A stretch of DNA of 63,684 nt, counting the filler. It is 5 parts of 5 records of this genome, joined end to end, with 100 filler letters (N's around TTAATTAATTAA, not from the genome) between each part and the next. Parts side by side here need not be neighbours in the genome. Positions count along the whole stretch, not along the records: positions 1 to 26,236 come from SRR31156797_12921; 4 more parts are not named here. One strand, written 5' to 3'. Every line of letters starts with the position of its first letter. The stretch's first letter is position 1. Both the position numbers and the translations under genes were made by a program. Of the stretch, positions 1 through 10,401 are shown piece by piece. Under the pieces are notes generated by a model. The model worked only from the letters and a program-made list of their open reading frames with translations. It searched no databases and was not told the DNA's origin.

Positions 1-36
1 GCCATTCAAGCGCTCTCCCAACTGAGCTACGGCCCC
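1..36 (-). tRNA. tRNA-Ala(GGC), 5' half only (truncated by window start)
   Basis: Reverse complement reads GGGGCCGTAGCTCAGTTGGGAGAGCGCTTGAATGGC: Ala acceptor stem GGGGC, D-arm AGCTCAGTTGGGAGAGC, anticodon GGC at the window edge. Confidence 0.93.
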
Positions 37-139
37 AATTGATTTCCGACGGCCAAAGGCCGCTTTCGCACCGATTCAATGCGCCGGAGGGGGCGCAAAG
101 TACTTGGGAACCCCTATAAGGGCAAGGGGAAAAACGCGT

Positions 140-559
140 TTATTGTCCGCGGTCCGACATGTCCTCATCAACGATATGTTCCCTGACCTCGGACATATCG
201 TCGTCGTCCTCGCCCAGGTCGGATGTATCCTCGATCAGGCTGTCGTCCTTGGCTTCGGAGTCAAGGTCGTCGGAATCATCGTCGACATCCGACATCGTAT
301 CGTCGTCGGTGTCGACTTCCGCAACCGAATCCTCGGTTTCATCATTAGCGCTTACCGTCGAAGCCTTACTTGCCTTGGCGATTTCCGGTGTGACGGGTTT
401 TTCCGCAACCGGTGCTGCCGGGCGGCGCTGTCGAACCGAAGTCTTGACGACAAATACGGTGCCACATGACGGGCAGGTCGGCGGTTCACGCCGTAAATCG
501 TAATAACGTGTGCCGCAGCTTTGGCACATGCGTTTAATTCCCCAGTCGGGTTTAGCCAC
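140..559 (-). CDS. TIGR02300 (FYDLN-acid) family protein
   Basis: GTG start at 559 with GGAGG RBS; (M)AKPDWGIKRMCQSCGTRYYDL...CPSCG zinc-ribbon motif followed by an Asp/Glu-rich tail; usual position between tRNA-Ala and aroA. Confidence 0.9.
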   Translation of the reverse strand: MAKPDWGIKRMCQSCGTRYYDLRREPPTCPSCGTVFVVKTSVRQRRPAAPVAEKPVTPEIAKASKASTVSANDETEDSVAEVDTDDDTMSDVDDDSDDLDSEAKDDSLIEDTSDLGEDDDDMSEVREHIVDEDMSDRGQ

Positions 560-784
560 GCAGAACCTCCTGAGTACCGATCCGATGTTTTTCTGCGAAG
601 CCAATTGCCATGAAATTAACGCGCTGTCAAAACCGAAAAACACCGTTGGCGAAAATTCCGGGCTGCCGCCTTGCGGGTTGATCAATCCGAATATTCTTGG
701 CGCTACCAATAATCGGCGGTTTCATGCTAGAGACTGGGCCGGCCGCCAAACGGATTTGGTGCAGCCAAGAGGAGGGAATGGGGT

Positions 785-2125
785 TTGGCATCGGGGCTGG
801 TTTCACGGAAAACGGGCGGGATTTCTGGCGACATTTCGGTGCCCGGAGACAAATCCGTATCGCATCGATCATTGATGCTGGGGGCGCTTGCTATCGGCGA
901 AACCCGAATCGACGGGTTGCTGGAAGCCGAAGACGTTCTTCGCACGGCTTCTGCCGTTTCTGCGCTGGGGGCCAATGTCGAACGCGACAGTGACGGCACG
1001 TGGCGGGTTGCCGGTGTCGGCGTTGGCGGCTTGGCGGAACCGGAAGATGTCCTCGACCTCGGCAATTCGGGCACCGGTGCCCGCTTGCTGATGGGAATCC
1101 TGGCGACCCATCCGGTTATGAGCGTTCTGACCGGCGATGCATCCCTGCGCGGGCGTCCGATGGGGCGTGTGATCCGCCCGCTGGAGGATTTCGGCGCTTC
1201 GTTTCGGGCCCGGGCCGGCGACAGGCTGCCGATCGCCATTTGCGGCGCCGTCGAACCGGTACCGCAGACCTACAGGCTTCCGGTAGCATCGGCGCAGGTC
1301 AAGTCGGCCGTTCTGCTGGCCGGGCTGAATACACCCGGGCGGACCTCGGTTATAGAGCCGAGACCGACCCGCGATCATACGGAACTGATGTTGCGTCATT
1401 TCGGCGCCGAGGTGACCGTCGATGCCGGTGACGACGGCGAGCGGATCGTTTCGGTGAGCGGCCAGCCCGAACTGTCGGGCCGACGGGTGGTCGTTCCGGG
1501 CGATATTTCGTCTGCGGCCTTTCCGCTGGTTGCCGCTTTGATTTCCGCCGATTCGGACCTGACGATTCGCGGCGTCGGCCTGAATCCCCTGCGGACCGGA
1601 CTTTTGACGACGCTCGAGGAAATGGGGGCGCAGGTGCGGATTTCGGACAGGCGGACCGAAGCGGGGGAAGTGATTGGCGATATCTCGGTGGCGCCGGCCC
1701 GTTTGAAGGGTGTTGACGTTCCGGCCGAACGCGCCCCCTCGATGATCGATGAATATCCGATCCTGGCGGTTGCCGCAGCCTGTGCCCAGGGGACGACGCG
1801 TCTGTCGGGACTGGCCGAGTTGAGAGTCAAGGAAAGCGACCGGTTGAGCGCCATCGCCGATGGGCTCGCCGCGTGCGGAAGCAGGATCGAAATCGAGGAA
1901 GACACGCTGATTGTTCACGGTATTGGCCGCCCGCCTGCCGGCGGTGCACGGATTGCGGTAAAAATGGATCATAGGATTGCCATGGCTTTTCTTGTGCTGG
2001 GATCGGCCACCGACGCCGCCGTCGGCATCGACGATGCCGGAGCAATCGCCACAAGTTTTCCACGCTTCGCCGAACTGATGAACGGGCTCGGCGCTTCGAT
2101 TTCGGCCGAGGGAGATGCCTCATGA
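785..2125 (+). CDS. aroA: 3-phosphoshikimate 1-carboxyvinyltransferase (EPSP synthase)
   Basis: Motifs PGDKSVSHR, LDLGNSGTGARL, ASAQVKSA, LRVKESDR, DHRIAMAF. Confidence 0.97.
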   Translation: MASGLVSRKTGGISGDISVPGDKSVSHRSLMLGALAIGETRIDGLLEAEDVLRTASAVSALGANVERDSDGTWRVAGVGVGGLAEPEDVLDLGNSGTGARLLMGILATHPVMSVLTGDASLRGRPMGRVIRPLEDFGASFRARAGDRLPIAICGAVEPVPQTYRLPVASAQVKSAVLLAGLNTPGRTSVIEPRPTRDHTELMLRHFGAEVTVDAGDDGERIVSVSGQPELSGRRVVVPGDISSAAFPLVAALISADSDLTIRGVGLNPLRTGLLTTLEEMGAQVRISDRRTEAGEVIGDISVAPARLKGVDVPAERAPSMIDEYPILAVAAACAQGTTRLSGLAELRVKESDRLSAIADGLAACGSRIEIEEDTLIVHGIGRPPAGGARIAVKMDHRIAMAFLVLGSATDAAVGIDDAGAIATSFPRFAELMNGLGASISAEGDAS

Positions 2126-2763
2126 TCATCGCTATCGACGGTCCGGCGGCTGCTGGCAAGGGAACCCTGGCCCGGCGAATCGCCGAGCATTTTGGTCTGG
2201 CTTTGCTGGATACGGGCCTGCTTTACAGGGCGGTCGGCGTTTCCGTGCTCCAGGGCGGCGGCGATCCCGGCGACCCGGAAACGGCTGCAGCGGCCGCCCG
2301 GAACCTCGAATCCGCCGATCTCGAAAACCCCGAATTGCGTGGTGATGCCGCCGCCGGCGCGGCGTCAAAAGTTGGCGCGATTCCCGCTGTGCGCGAGGCT
2401 TTGCTTGAGTTTCAGCGCCGATTCGCGTCGACCCCTCCGGGCAATGCCAAGGGCGCGGTTCTCGATGGACGCGACATCGGGACGGTTGTTTGCCCCGAAG
2501 CCGACGCCAAGCTCTTCGTGACGGCCTCGGTTGAAGTCCGTTCCTTGAGGCGTGTTAAAGAGTTGCGGGACCGCGGGCTCGAAGCTATACATACCCGCGT
2601 TCTGCATGAAATGAAGGAGCGGGACCGTCGCGACGCGAGCCGCGCAGTCGCACCATTGGAGCCGGCCGAGGACGCATTTCTTCTGGATACTAGCGATCTC
2701 GACCCAGAGGCCGTTTTCGCCCAGGCGTTGGCCTTTATTCAGTCACGGTGCGATTGTGGATAA
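2122..2763 (+). CDS. cmk: Cytidylate kinase
   Basis: IAIDGPAAAGKGT P-loop, LDTGLLYRAV, LDGRDIGTVVCP; ATGA overlap with aroA. Confidence 0.97.
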   Translation: MIIAIDGPAAAGKGTLARRIAEHFGLALLDTGLLYRAVGVSVLQGGGDPGDPETAAAAARNLESADLENPELRGDAAAGAASKVGAIPAVREALLEFQRRFASTPPGNAKGAVLDGRDIGTVVCPEADAKLFVTASVEVRSLRRVKELRDRGLEAIHTRVLHEMKERDRRDASRAVAPLEPAEDAFLLDTSDLDPEAVFAQALAFIQSRCDCG

Positions 2764-2919
2764 GGTTGAGCCGTCGCTTTCATGATGTTGAATAGGTGTC
2801 GAACGTGGCGCCCATGCATGGAATCGCTGGGCAATCCTGTCGTTCAAAAGCCGAAAAGACCACCGGAGACAACCGGTTGGCCAGTAATAATGTGAAATAT
2901 AGAAAGGATCGAAGTTTAA

Positions 2920-4995
2920 ATGGTTGCTGCAAATGTATCGGGCGAAGGGCCGGAGCCCATTAGCACGGAGAATTTTGCCGAACTTCTCGATGAGACGCTG
3001 AGCGAAGAGGGGTTCGAAGGCCAGGTTGTATCAGGCACCGTGATCGGTGTTGAAAACGACATGGTGTTGATTGATGTCGGGTTGAAATCGGAAGGCCGGG
3101 TGCCGGCCAAGGAATTCGCCTCGCCGGGTCAGGATCTGAACCTGAATCCGGGTGATTCCGTCGATGTTTTTGTCGAGCGCTATGAGGACAAGGACGGGAT
3201 CGTCCGCCTCAGCCGCGAGAAAGCCCGACGCGAGGAAGCCTGGACCGAACTGGAAAAGGCCTTCCAGGATGGCAGACGGGTCAACGGGGTCATCTTCCGC
3301 CGCGTCAAGGGCGGCTTTACGGTCGACCTTTCGGGCGCCGTCGCGTTCCTGCCGGGAAGCCAGGTCGATATCCGTCCGGTTCGCGACATTGCACCGCTTA
3401 TGGGCAATCCGCAGCCGTTCCAGATTCTCAAGATGGAACGCAACCGGTCCAACATCGTGGTATCGCGCCGCGCCGTTCTTGAAGAAGCGCGCGCCGAGGC
3501 CCGTGCCGAACTGGTTGCCAACCTGAAAGAGGGTCAGGTTCTCGAGGGTGTGGTCAAGAACATCACCGACTATGGTGCGTTCGTTGATCTTGGCGGCGTC
3601 GACGGCTTGCTTCACGTTACGGACATCGCCTGGCGTCGCATCAATCATCCGAGCGAGGCCCTGCAGATCGGTCAGTCGGTCAACGTTCAGGTGATTCGTT
3701 TCAACGCCGAAACACAGCGCATCTCACTGGGCATGAAGCAGCTCGAGGCCGACCCGTGGGAAGGCGTTGCTGCCAAATACCAGCCGGGCGTGCGTTTCAA
3801 CGGCCGTGTCACCAATATCACCGACTACGGCGCCTTCGTCGAACTGGAACCGGGCGTCGAAGGCCTTGTCCACGTTTCGGAGATGAGCTGGACCAAGAAA
3901 AACGTGCATCCCGGCAAGATCGTGTCGACCAGCCAGGAAGTCGAAGTCATGGTTCTCGACTCCGATCCGGAAAAACGCCGGATCAGCCTGGGTCTCAAAC
4001 AGTGCATGACCAATCCCTGGGACGGCTTTGCCGACCAGTTCCCGGTCGGATCCATCGTCGAGGGCGAGGTCAAGAACATCACCGAATTCGGTCTGTTTGT
4101 CGGCTTGCCCGGCGAGATCGACGGCATGACCCATCTTTCCGACCTTTCCTGGGAAAAGCCCGGCGAACAAGCCCTGGCCGAATTCAAGAAGGGCGATATG
4201 GTCAAGGCCAAGGTCCTGGATATCGATATCGACAAGGAACGCATCAGCCTCGGCATCAAGCAGTTGGTTGATGATCCGTTTGCTTCGGGGATTGCCGGTC
4301 TCAAGCGTGGCGAGGTCGTCACGTGTACCATTTCCAAGGTTGTCGACGGTGGGATCGAAGTCCGGGTTCGCGATGGCGTGACCGGATTTATCCGCAAGGG
4401 CGATCTTTCCCGCGATCGCAGCGAACAGCGCCCGGAGCGTTTCGCCCCGGAAGAGAAAATCGACGCCAAGGTCACACAGATCGACCATGGCAGCCGTCGG
4501 ATTTCGCTTTCGGTCAAGGCCCTGGAGATTCAGGAAGAGAAACGGGCAATGGCCGAGTACGGCTCGTCCGATTCGGGTGCCAGCCTGGGCGATATCCTTG
4601 GTGCCGCCATCCAGCAGAAGCGGGAAGCGGCGGAACGGCGCAAGAAACCGGCTGACGACAAGGCTGAGAAACCGGCCAAGAAATCGACCAAAAAGAAAGC
4701 GGCTGCGGAGCCTGAAGCCGAAGATGTCGAAGCCGAGGCCGTAGAGGCAGAGCCCGTAGAGGCGGAATCCGTAGAAGCCGAGGTCGTGGAAGCGAAGCCC
4801 GCCGAAGCGGAAGAACCGGCTGCCGAGGAAGAAGAGAAGAAGGCGAAGCCGAAAGCCAAGGCGAAGCCGAAGGCGGCAGCAAAAGCGAAGCCGAAAGCTG
4901 CGGCCAAGTCGAAAGCGAAGGCAAAAGACGCCGAAGACGACAAGTCCGAGGCCGAACCCGCTGCCGAAGCCGAGGGCGACGCGACCGAGAAATAG
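2920..4995 (+). CDS. rpsA: 30S ribosomal protein S1 with a long low-complexity C-terminal extension
   Basis: Repeated S1 domains (DVGLKSEG, VKNITDYGAFVDLGG, HVSEMSWT, SGASLGDILG); follows cmk. Confidence 0.97.
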   Translation: MVAANVSGEGPEPISTENFAELLDETLSEEGFEGQVVSGTVIGVENDMVLIDVGLKSEGRVPAKEFASPGQDLNLNPGDSVDVFVERYEDKDGIVRLSREKARREEAWTELEKAFQDGRRVNGVIFRRVKGGFTVDLSGAVAFLPGSQVDIRPVRDIAPLMGNPQPFQILKMERNRSNIVVSRRAVLEEARAEARAELVANLKEGQVLEGVVKNITDYGAFVDLGGVDGLLHVTDIAWRRINHPSEALQIGQSVNVQVIRFNAETQRISLGMKQLEADPWEGVAAKYQPGVRFNGRVTNITDYGAFVELEPGVEGLVHVSEMSWTKKNVHPGKIVSTSQEVEVMVLDSDPEKRRISLGLKQCMTNPWDGFADQFPVGSIVEGEVKNITEFGLFVGLPGEIDGMTHLSDLSWEKPGEQALAEFKKGDMVKAKVLDIDIDKERISLGIKQLVDDPFASGIAGLKRGEVVTCTISKVVDGGIEVRVRDGVTGFIRKGDLSRDRSEQRPERFAPEEKIDAKVTQIDHGSRRISLSVKALEIQEEKRAMAEYGSSDSGASLGDILGAAIQQKREAAERRKKPADDKAEKPAKKSTKKKAAAEPEAEDVEAEAVEAEPVEAESVEAEVVEAKPAEAEEPAAEEEEKKAKPKAKAKPKAAAKAKPKAAAKSKAKAKDAEDDKSEAEPAAEAEGDATEK
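4726..4815 (+). repeat. Degenerate 15-bp tandem repeat encoding VEAEx units in the RpsA tail
   Basis: gtcgaagccgaggcc / gtagaggcagagccc / gtagaggcggaatcc / gtagaagccgaggtc / gtggaagcgaagccc / gccgaagcggaagaa. Confidence 0.8.
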
Positions 4996-5040
4996 GGCCG
5001 CTATCCGCGTTCGCGCGGTGGTGAACCGACTCGTGATCAT

Positions 5041-5076
5041 TGACGGCGCCTCCGCAAGGGGCGCCGTCATATTTTT
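5041..5076 (+). terminator. Intrinsic terminator after rpsA
   Basis: TGACGGCGCC-tccgcaagg-GGCGCCGTCA stem followed by TATTTTT. Confidence 0.7.
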
Positions 5077-5087
5077 GAGAGAGGCCC

Positions 5088-5999
5088 ATGTCCCTCGAAG
5101 CCGACCAGTTGATTGACCGACGGCGCTTGAAACGGCGTTTGGCCTTGTGGCGCATCACCGGCATCGTCGCGGTGGTTGCCATTGCGGTAATTCTGGCAGG
5201 GCGTTTCGCGCCCTGGGCCGGTCGTGACTATGTTGCCTATTTGGCCGTTGAAGGGATCATTCTCGACGATCGCGATCGGGATGCAACGCTTGATGCCATC
5301 GGTGATGACGCGGCGGCAAAGGCTTTGATCGTTTTTCTCAATACTCCGGGCGGCAGTGTCGTCGGCGGCGAGGCGTTGTTTCGCGGCCTGCGCGCCGTCG
5401 CCGAAAAGAAGCCGGTGGTCGCGATCATGGGCGATTTGGCGACTTCGGCCGGATATATGACGGCGCTCGGCTCCGACCGCATATTCGCCCGCGCCGGAAC
5501 CCTGACCGGGTCGATCGGGGTCATCATGCAGTCCGCCGATATCACCGGGCTGCTGGATAAAATCGGGATCAAGCCGGAGACGGTCAAAAGCGCGCCCTTG
5601 AAGGCGCAGCCCAACCCGATGGAACCGTTTTCGCCGGCAGCCCGTGAGGCATCGCTTCAGGTCGTGCTCGACGCCTATGAGTTGTTTGTCGATATGGTTG
5701 AGGAAAGGCGCGGCATGGATCCGGCGAAGGCCAGAGAGCTTTCCGATGGGCGCGTTTTCACCGGGCGGCAGGCGGTGGAAAGAGGCCTGATCGACGAGTT
5801 GGGCGGCGAAAGCGAGGCACGGCGCTGGTTGTCCGAGTCCCGCGACATCGCTTTGTCCCTTCCGAAAAGACATATTGAAATTGCCAGGGATGACGGTTTG
5901 TGGCGTCAATTGCTCGATAGCTCGTTGGGAAAAACTGTGTTTTCTGAACGACTTAGACTTGACGGCCTGATCTCGCTTTGGCACCCTGACATCCGTTGA
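5088..5999 (+). CDS. sppA: Signal peptide peptidase SppA (S49, 36K type)
   Basis: NTPGGSV, ATSAGYM, TLTGSIGV, DGRVFTGRQA, GLIDELG; N-terminal TM helix. Confidence 0.94.
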   Translation: MSLEADQLIDRRRLKRRLALWRITGIVAVVAIAVILAGRFAPWAGRDYVAYLAVEGIILDDRDRDATLDAIGDDAAAKALIVFLNTPGGSVVGGEALFRGLRAVAEKKPVVAIMGDLATSAGYMTALGSDRIFARAGTLTGSIGVIMQSADITGLLDKIGIKPETVKSAPLKAQPNPMEPFSPAAREASLQVVLDAYELFVDMVEERRGMDPAKARELSDGRVFTGRQAVERGLIDELGGESEARRWLSESRDIALSLPKRHIEIARDDGLWRQLLDSSLGKTVFSERLRLDGLISLWHPDIR

Positions 6000-6085
6000 T
6001 GCTGACCTGTTGAAGAACGGCCCGATATCGCCGTTGCTGTCGGCAACCGTTAAGCGGGTAACCGCTTCAGGAGGGGACCCTCGCC

Positions 6086-6364
6086 ATGACCAAATCCGAG
6101 TTGATTGCGCGCCTTGCCGAGGCCAATCCGCATTTGTACCACCGTGACGTGGAAAGAATTGTCACGACCATTTTCGACGAGATCACCGTCGCACTGGCCG
6201 ACGGCGACCGGGTTGAGCTTCGTGGATTCGGGGCCTTTTCCGTGAAAGCGCGCGGGGCCCGCACGGGCCGCAATCCGCGGACGGGTGAAGCCGTCCGCGT
6301 TCCGTCGAAATTCATCCCGTATTTCAAAACCGGCAAGCAGCTTCGCCAACTGCTGAACATGTAA
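6086..6364 (+). CDS. ihfB: Integration host factor subunit beta
   Basis: MTKSELI..., [28 protein letters not shown]. Confidence 0.96.
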   Translation: MTKSELIARLAEANPHLYHRDVERIVTTIFDEITVALADGDRVELRGFGAFSVKARGARTGRNPRTGEAVRVPSKFIPYFKTGKQLRQLLNM

Positions 6365-6449
6365 CCGTACCGATGACGGCGAGGCCGTACTGCCTCGCGC
6401 CCTGCCGGGGCAACTTCTGTTACCACAACGTCTTGAAAGGATCCTCGCT

Positions 6450-6794
6450 TTGAGGCTGTTGACTTGGATCATCATGGTGCCGGTGGCGCTGGCGGTGATC
6501 AGTTTCGCCGTGAATAACCGCGATAGCGTCGGTATCGACCTGTGGCCGGCGCCGATTGTTCTGGATGTGCCGGTATTCGCCATCGTCCTGATCAGCGTCG
6601 TGGTGGGCATGATGGTTGGCGCAGTCGTTGCATGGTTCGGGGGCGGCAAATCCCGCGGACGGGCCCGTGCCAATGTGCGACGGGCGGTCAGCGCAGAACG
6701 CGAGGCAGCGGCTCTTCGCGAACACATGAGCGACGCAGAGGCGTCGAAACCGACTGACACGAAGGCCCTGACGGGGCGGGTGGATGCCGAATGA
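6450..6794 (+). CDS. lapA: LapA (DUF1049) family membrane protein
   Basis: Two TM helices, FAVNNR motif, conserved position ihfB-lapA-pyrF. Confidence 0.8.
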   Translation: MRLLTWIIMVPVALAVISFAVNNRDSVGIDLWPAPIVLDVPVFAIVLISVVVGMMVGAVVAWFGGGKSRGRARANVRRAVSAEREAAALREHMSDAEASKPTDTKALTGRVDAE

Positions 6795-7537
6795 AGACGA
6801 CTGTTGAAACGATGCGGACGACTCCTGCCGATATGGCCAGCCGGATTTTCGTTGCCCTGGACACCCCCGATGCCGACGCGGCGGCAAATATTGCCGGCGC
6901 CGTACGGGGTGCGGTTGGCGGAATCAAGCTGGGTAAAGAGTTTTTCACCGCCAACGGCCCGGAAGGGGTCGATCGTGTTTGCGGGGCGGCCGGTCTGCCG
7001 CTGTTCCTGGACCTCAAATTTCACGACATTCCGAATACCGTCGCCGGTGCCGTCCGGGCGTCGCTCGCGTTCAAGCCGTTGATGCTTAATGTCCACGCTG
7101 CCGGCGGTGCCGCGATGATGCGGGCAGCAGCGGCGGCGGCGGCCGAAGCGGGATCGGCGCGGCCGATGGTTTTGGCCGTGACCGTCCTGACATCGCTGGA
7201 CAACGACGACCTCGCCGACACCGGAATAGCGGGCCCGACCGGCGATCAGGTCGTGCGCCTGGCCAAATTGGCGCAGGAATGCGGAATGGACGGCGTCGTC
7301 TGTTCGGCCCGCGAAATCGTCGCGCTGAGGAATGCCTGCGGCGGCGGCTTCAAATTGGTGGTTCCCGGCATCAGGCCGGCCTGGTCGAGCAGCGACGATC
7401 AGCGCCGCATCGTTACCCCGGTCGAAGCGTTGGCATTGGGAGCCGACTATCTAGTCATCGGGCGACCGATCACGGGTGCCGACGATCCGGCGGTTGCCGC
7501 CGGGCGGATCGTACGGGAGATCGCGGAGGCGGCGTGA
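6791..7537 (+). CDS. pyrF: Orotidine-5'-phosphate decarboxylase (start could be a downstream ATG)
   Basis: FVALD, FLDLKFHDIPNTV, VVPGIRP, DYLVIGRPIT. Confidence 0.97.
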   Translation: MKTTVETMRTTPADMASRIFVALDTPDADAAANIAGAVRGAVGGIKLGKEFFTANGPEGVDRVCGAAGLPLFLDLKFHDIPNTVAGAVRASLAFKPLMLNVHAAGGAAMMRAAAAAAAEAGSARPMVLAVTVLTSLDNDDLADTGIAGPTGDQVVRLAKLAQECGMDGVVCSAREIVALRNACGGGFKLVVPGIRPAWSSSDDQRRIVTPVEALALGADYLVIGRPITGADDPAVAAGRIVREIAEAA

Positions 7538-8175
7538 CCATCGAAGTCAAGATCTGCGGACTTAGCACTTTCGATTCCGTTCGCGCGGCGGTGACGGCCG
7601 GTGCGCGCTATATCGGCTTCGTCCTGTTCGAGCGGTCGCCGCGTTTCGTTACGCCGACACGGGCGGCCGAACTGGGTGGCTACGCGCGCAAGGAAATCTC
7701 CAAGGTCGGACTGGTCGTCAATGCCGACGATACATATCTGGATTTCGTCGTTTCCGAAGGCAATTTCGACATGCTGCAACTGCACGGCAAGGAAACGCCG
7801 GACCGTGTTGCCGAAATCCGCACCAAATTCGGCCTGCCGGTGATCAAGGCGCTGGCCATTGCCGGCCCGGACGATGTGGTTGCCTCCCATGATTTCGAAG
7901 CGGCGGCCGACATGCTGCTGTTCGATGCCAAACCGCCGACGGATGCCGATCGGCCCGGCGGCAATGCCGTACGCTTCGACTGGGACCTTCTTTCGGCCGC
8001 ATCCTGGCCGGTTCCATGGATGTTGGCGGGCGGGTTGGATTCGCACAATGTGGAGGAAGCCGTCAGCCTGAGCGGAGCGACGCGGGTGGACGTTTCGTCC
8101 GGCGTTGAGGACCGTCCCGGGGTCAAGGACAACGATATGATCCGCGAATTCCTGGAAGCCGCCGAAAGATGCTGA
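7534..8175 (+). CDS. trpF: Phosphoribosylanthranilate isomerase
   Basis: GTG at 7534 overlapping the pyrF stop; VKICGL, QLHGKET, LAGGL, VDVSSGVE. Confidence 0.96.
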   Translation: MTIEVKICGLSTFDSVRAAVTAGARYIGFVLFERSPRFVTPTRAAELGGYARKEISKVGLVVNADDTYLDFVVSEGNFDMLQLHGKETPDRVAEIRTKFGLPVIKALAIAGPDDVVASHDFEAAADMLLFDAKPPTDADRPGGNAVRFDWDLLSAASWPVPWMLAGGLDSHNVEEAVSLSGATRVDVSSGVEDRPGVKDNDMIREFLEAAERC

Positions 8176-8347
8176 CCTTCCCGCGATGGCCCGACGCCAC
8201 CAAATTGCCGTTTTTCTCATAAAGAACTGCGATTGTCCGGCGCTTTATGGTTTATTAGCGGCCCGTTCACACCGCCACCGGAAATCCTCGGTCAGAATGC
8301 CTAAATCTATTTGAGACTTTCACGGCGACAGAATTCATGACAACGAC

Positions 8348-9559
8348 ATGAGCAAACTGAACACCTTTCGGGCAGGCCCCGACGAAAGCGGCCACTTCGG
8401 GATTTACGGCGGCCGTTTTGTTGCCGAGACCCTGATGCCGCTGATCCTGGAGGTCGAGCGGGCCTATAACGAAGCCGCCGGCGATCCTGCCTTCGGCGCC
8501 GATATGGAACACTACCTCCGGCACTATGTTGGGCGGCCGAGCCCGCTTTATCTGGCCGAGCGCATGACCGCCGAACTGGGCGGGGCAAAGATCTATTTCA
8601 AGCGCGAGGACCTGAACCATACGGGCGCACACAAGATCAACAACTGCATCGGCCAGGCCCTGCTGGCCCGCCGCATGGGAAAGAAGCGCATCATCGCCGA
8701 AACCGGCGCCGGCCAGCATGGCGTGGCGACGGCGACGGTATGCGCCCTGTTCGATCTGGATTGCATCGTCTACATGGGTCAGACCGACATCGAACGCCAG
8801 GCTCCGAACGTTTTCAGGATGAAGATGCTGGGCGCCGAGGTGCGGCCGGTGACGTCGGGATCGTCCACCTTAAAGGACGCCATGAACGAAGCCTTGCGCG
8901 ACTGGGTCGCAAATGTCGAAGACACGTATTATCTGATCGGAACGGCTGCCGGCCCCCATCCCTATCCGGTCATGGTCCGGGATTTTCAGACGGTCATCGG
9001 CGAAGAGGTTCGCGAACAGATTCTGGAGGCCGAGGGACGCCTGCCGGACACCCTGGTCGCCTGCATCGGCGGCGGTTCGAACGCGCTGGGACTGTTTTTT
9101 CCATTCCTCGATGAAGCGGATATCCGCATCATCGCCGTCGAGGCGGCCGGCGAGGGGGTCGAAACGGGCCGCCACGCCGCCAGCCTGTCGGCCGGGGCGC
9201 CCGGCGTTCTTCACGGCAACCGCACCTATCTGCTGCAGGATGCGGACGGCCAGATCAAAGAGGCCCATTCGGTTTCGGCCGGCCTCGACTATCCTGGCAT
9301 CGGGCCGGAGCATTCGTGGCTCAACGATACAGGGCGGGTCGAGTATGTCTCGATTACCGATAGCGAAGCGCTCGAAGCCTTCCATTCCTGTACCAAATTG
9401 GAGGGCATCATCCCGGCCCTCGAATCGGCGCACGCGGTTGCCCATATTGCCAAAATCGCCAAAGATCTGGGGCCGGAAAACATCGTCGTGCTGAATATGA
9501 GCGGCCGCGGCGACAAAGACCTGGGAACGGTCGCCGATTTTGCCGGGGTGACACTATGA
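8348..9559 (+). CDS. trpB: Tryptophan synthase beta chain
   Basis: [15 protein letters not shown] (PLP lysine), [22 protein letters not shown]. Confidence 0.98.
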   Translation: MSKLNTFRAGPDESGHFGIYGGRFVAETLMPLILEVERAYNEAAGDPAFGADMEHYLRHYVGRPSPLYLAERMTAELGGAKIYFKREDLNHTGAHKINNCIGQALLARRMGKKRIIAETGAGQHGVATATVCALFDLDCIVYMGQTDIERQAPNVFRMKMLGAEVRPVTSGSSTLKDAMNEALRDWVANVEDTYYLIGTAAGPHPYPVMVRDFQTVIGEEVREQILEAEGRLPDTLVACIGGGSNALGLFFPFLDEADIRIIAVEAAGEGVETGRHAASLSAGAPGVLHGNRTYLLQDADGQIKEAHSVSAGLDYPGIGPEHSWLNDTGRVEYVSITDSEALEAFHSCTKLEGIIPALESAHAVAHIAKIAKDLGPENIVVLNMSGRGDKDLGTVADFAGVTL

Positions 9560-10401
9560 GCGACGCAACGCGGATCGAGCGGCGTTTCGCCGAACTGAAG
9601 GCCCAGGGGCGTGGTGGTTTTGTTACCTTCGTGACGGCCGGTGATCCAGACCCGGCGACGTCGGCGGAAATCCTGGCCGGTCTGCCGGCGGCCGGGGCCG
9701 ACCTGATCGAACTCGGCATGCCGTTCAGCGATCCAATGGCGGACGGCCCGGCCATTCAGTTGAGTTCGCAGCGGGCGCTCAAGGCCGGAATGACGCTTGC
9801 CCGCACCCTCGATATGGTCGCTGAATTCCGCAAATCGGACGACGATACGCCGATCATCCTGATGGGGTACTTCAATCCAATTTATACCTTCGGCGTCGAT
9901 GCTTTCGTCGCCGCGGCGGCATCGGCCGGGGTCGACGGACTGATCATCGTCGATCTGCCGCCGGAGGAGGAAGCCGAGCTTTGCGCGCCGGCCCGGAAGG
10001 CCGGGATCAATTTCATTTTCCTGACCGCGCCGACCACCGACGAGGCCCGTCTGCCCGATGTTGTGGCCAATGCCAGCGGTTTCGTCTATTACGTCTCGAT
10101 CACCGGAATTACCGGCACGGCGTCGGCTTCGGCCGTCGACGTCGAGGCTGCCATCGGCCGCCTGCGGCGGTTCACCGACCTGCCGATCGCCGTCGGTTTC
10201 GGCATCAATACGGCCGAACAGGCGGGACAGGTGGCGAAGGTTGCCGATGCGGCAGTGGTTGGATCGGCATTGGTCAATCGGGTTGCCGCAAATCTTAACG
10301 CCGACGGATCGGCAACAGCCGGTTTGACGGAATCGGTTCTGGCTTTGGTCCGGGATTTGGCCGCCGGTGTCGCGGCCGGCCGATTGGGAGAGACCGTCTG
10401 A
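9556..10401 (+). CDS. trpA: Tryptophan synthase alpha chain
   Basis: [29 protein letters not shown]. Confidence 0.98.
   Translation: MSDATRIERRFAELKAQGRGGFVTFVTAGDPDPATSAEILAGLPAAGADLIELGMPFSDPMADGPAIQLSSQRALKAGMTLARTLDMVAEFRKSDDDTPIILMGYFNPIYTFGVDAFVAAAASAGVDGLIIVDLPPEEEAELCAPARKAGINFIFLTAPTTDEARLPDVVANASGFVYYVSITGITGTASASAVDVEAAIGRLRRFTDLPIAVGFGINTAEQAGQVAKVADAAVVGSALVNRVAANLNADGSATAGLTESVLALVRDLAAGVAAGRLGETV

Noticed and set aside
1-140. tRNA-Ala as an island integration site
   Set aside because: No integrase or duplicated tRNA end is visible; the neighbours are conserved core genes, and the tRNA 3' side lies outside the window.
8176-8347. Possible trp attenuator before trpB
   Set aside because: No Trp-codon leader peptide or terminator/antiterminator pair is visible.
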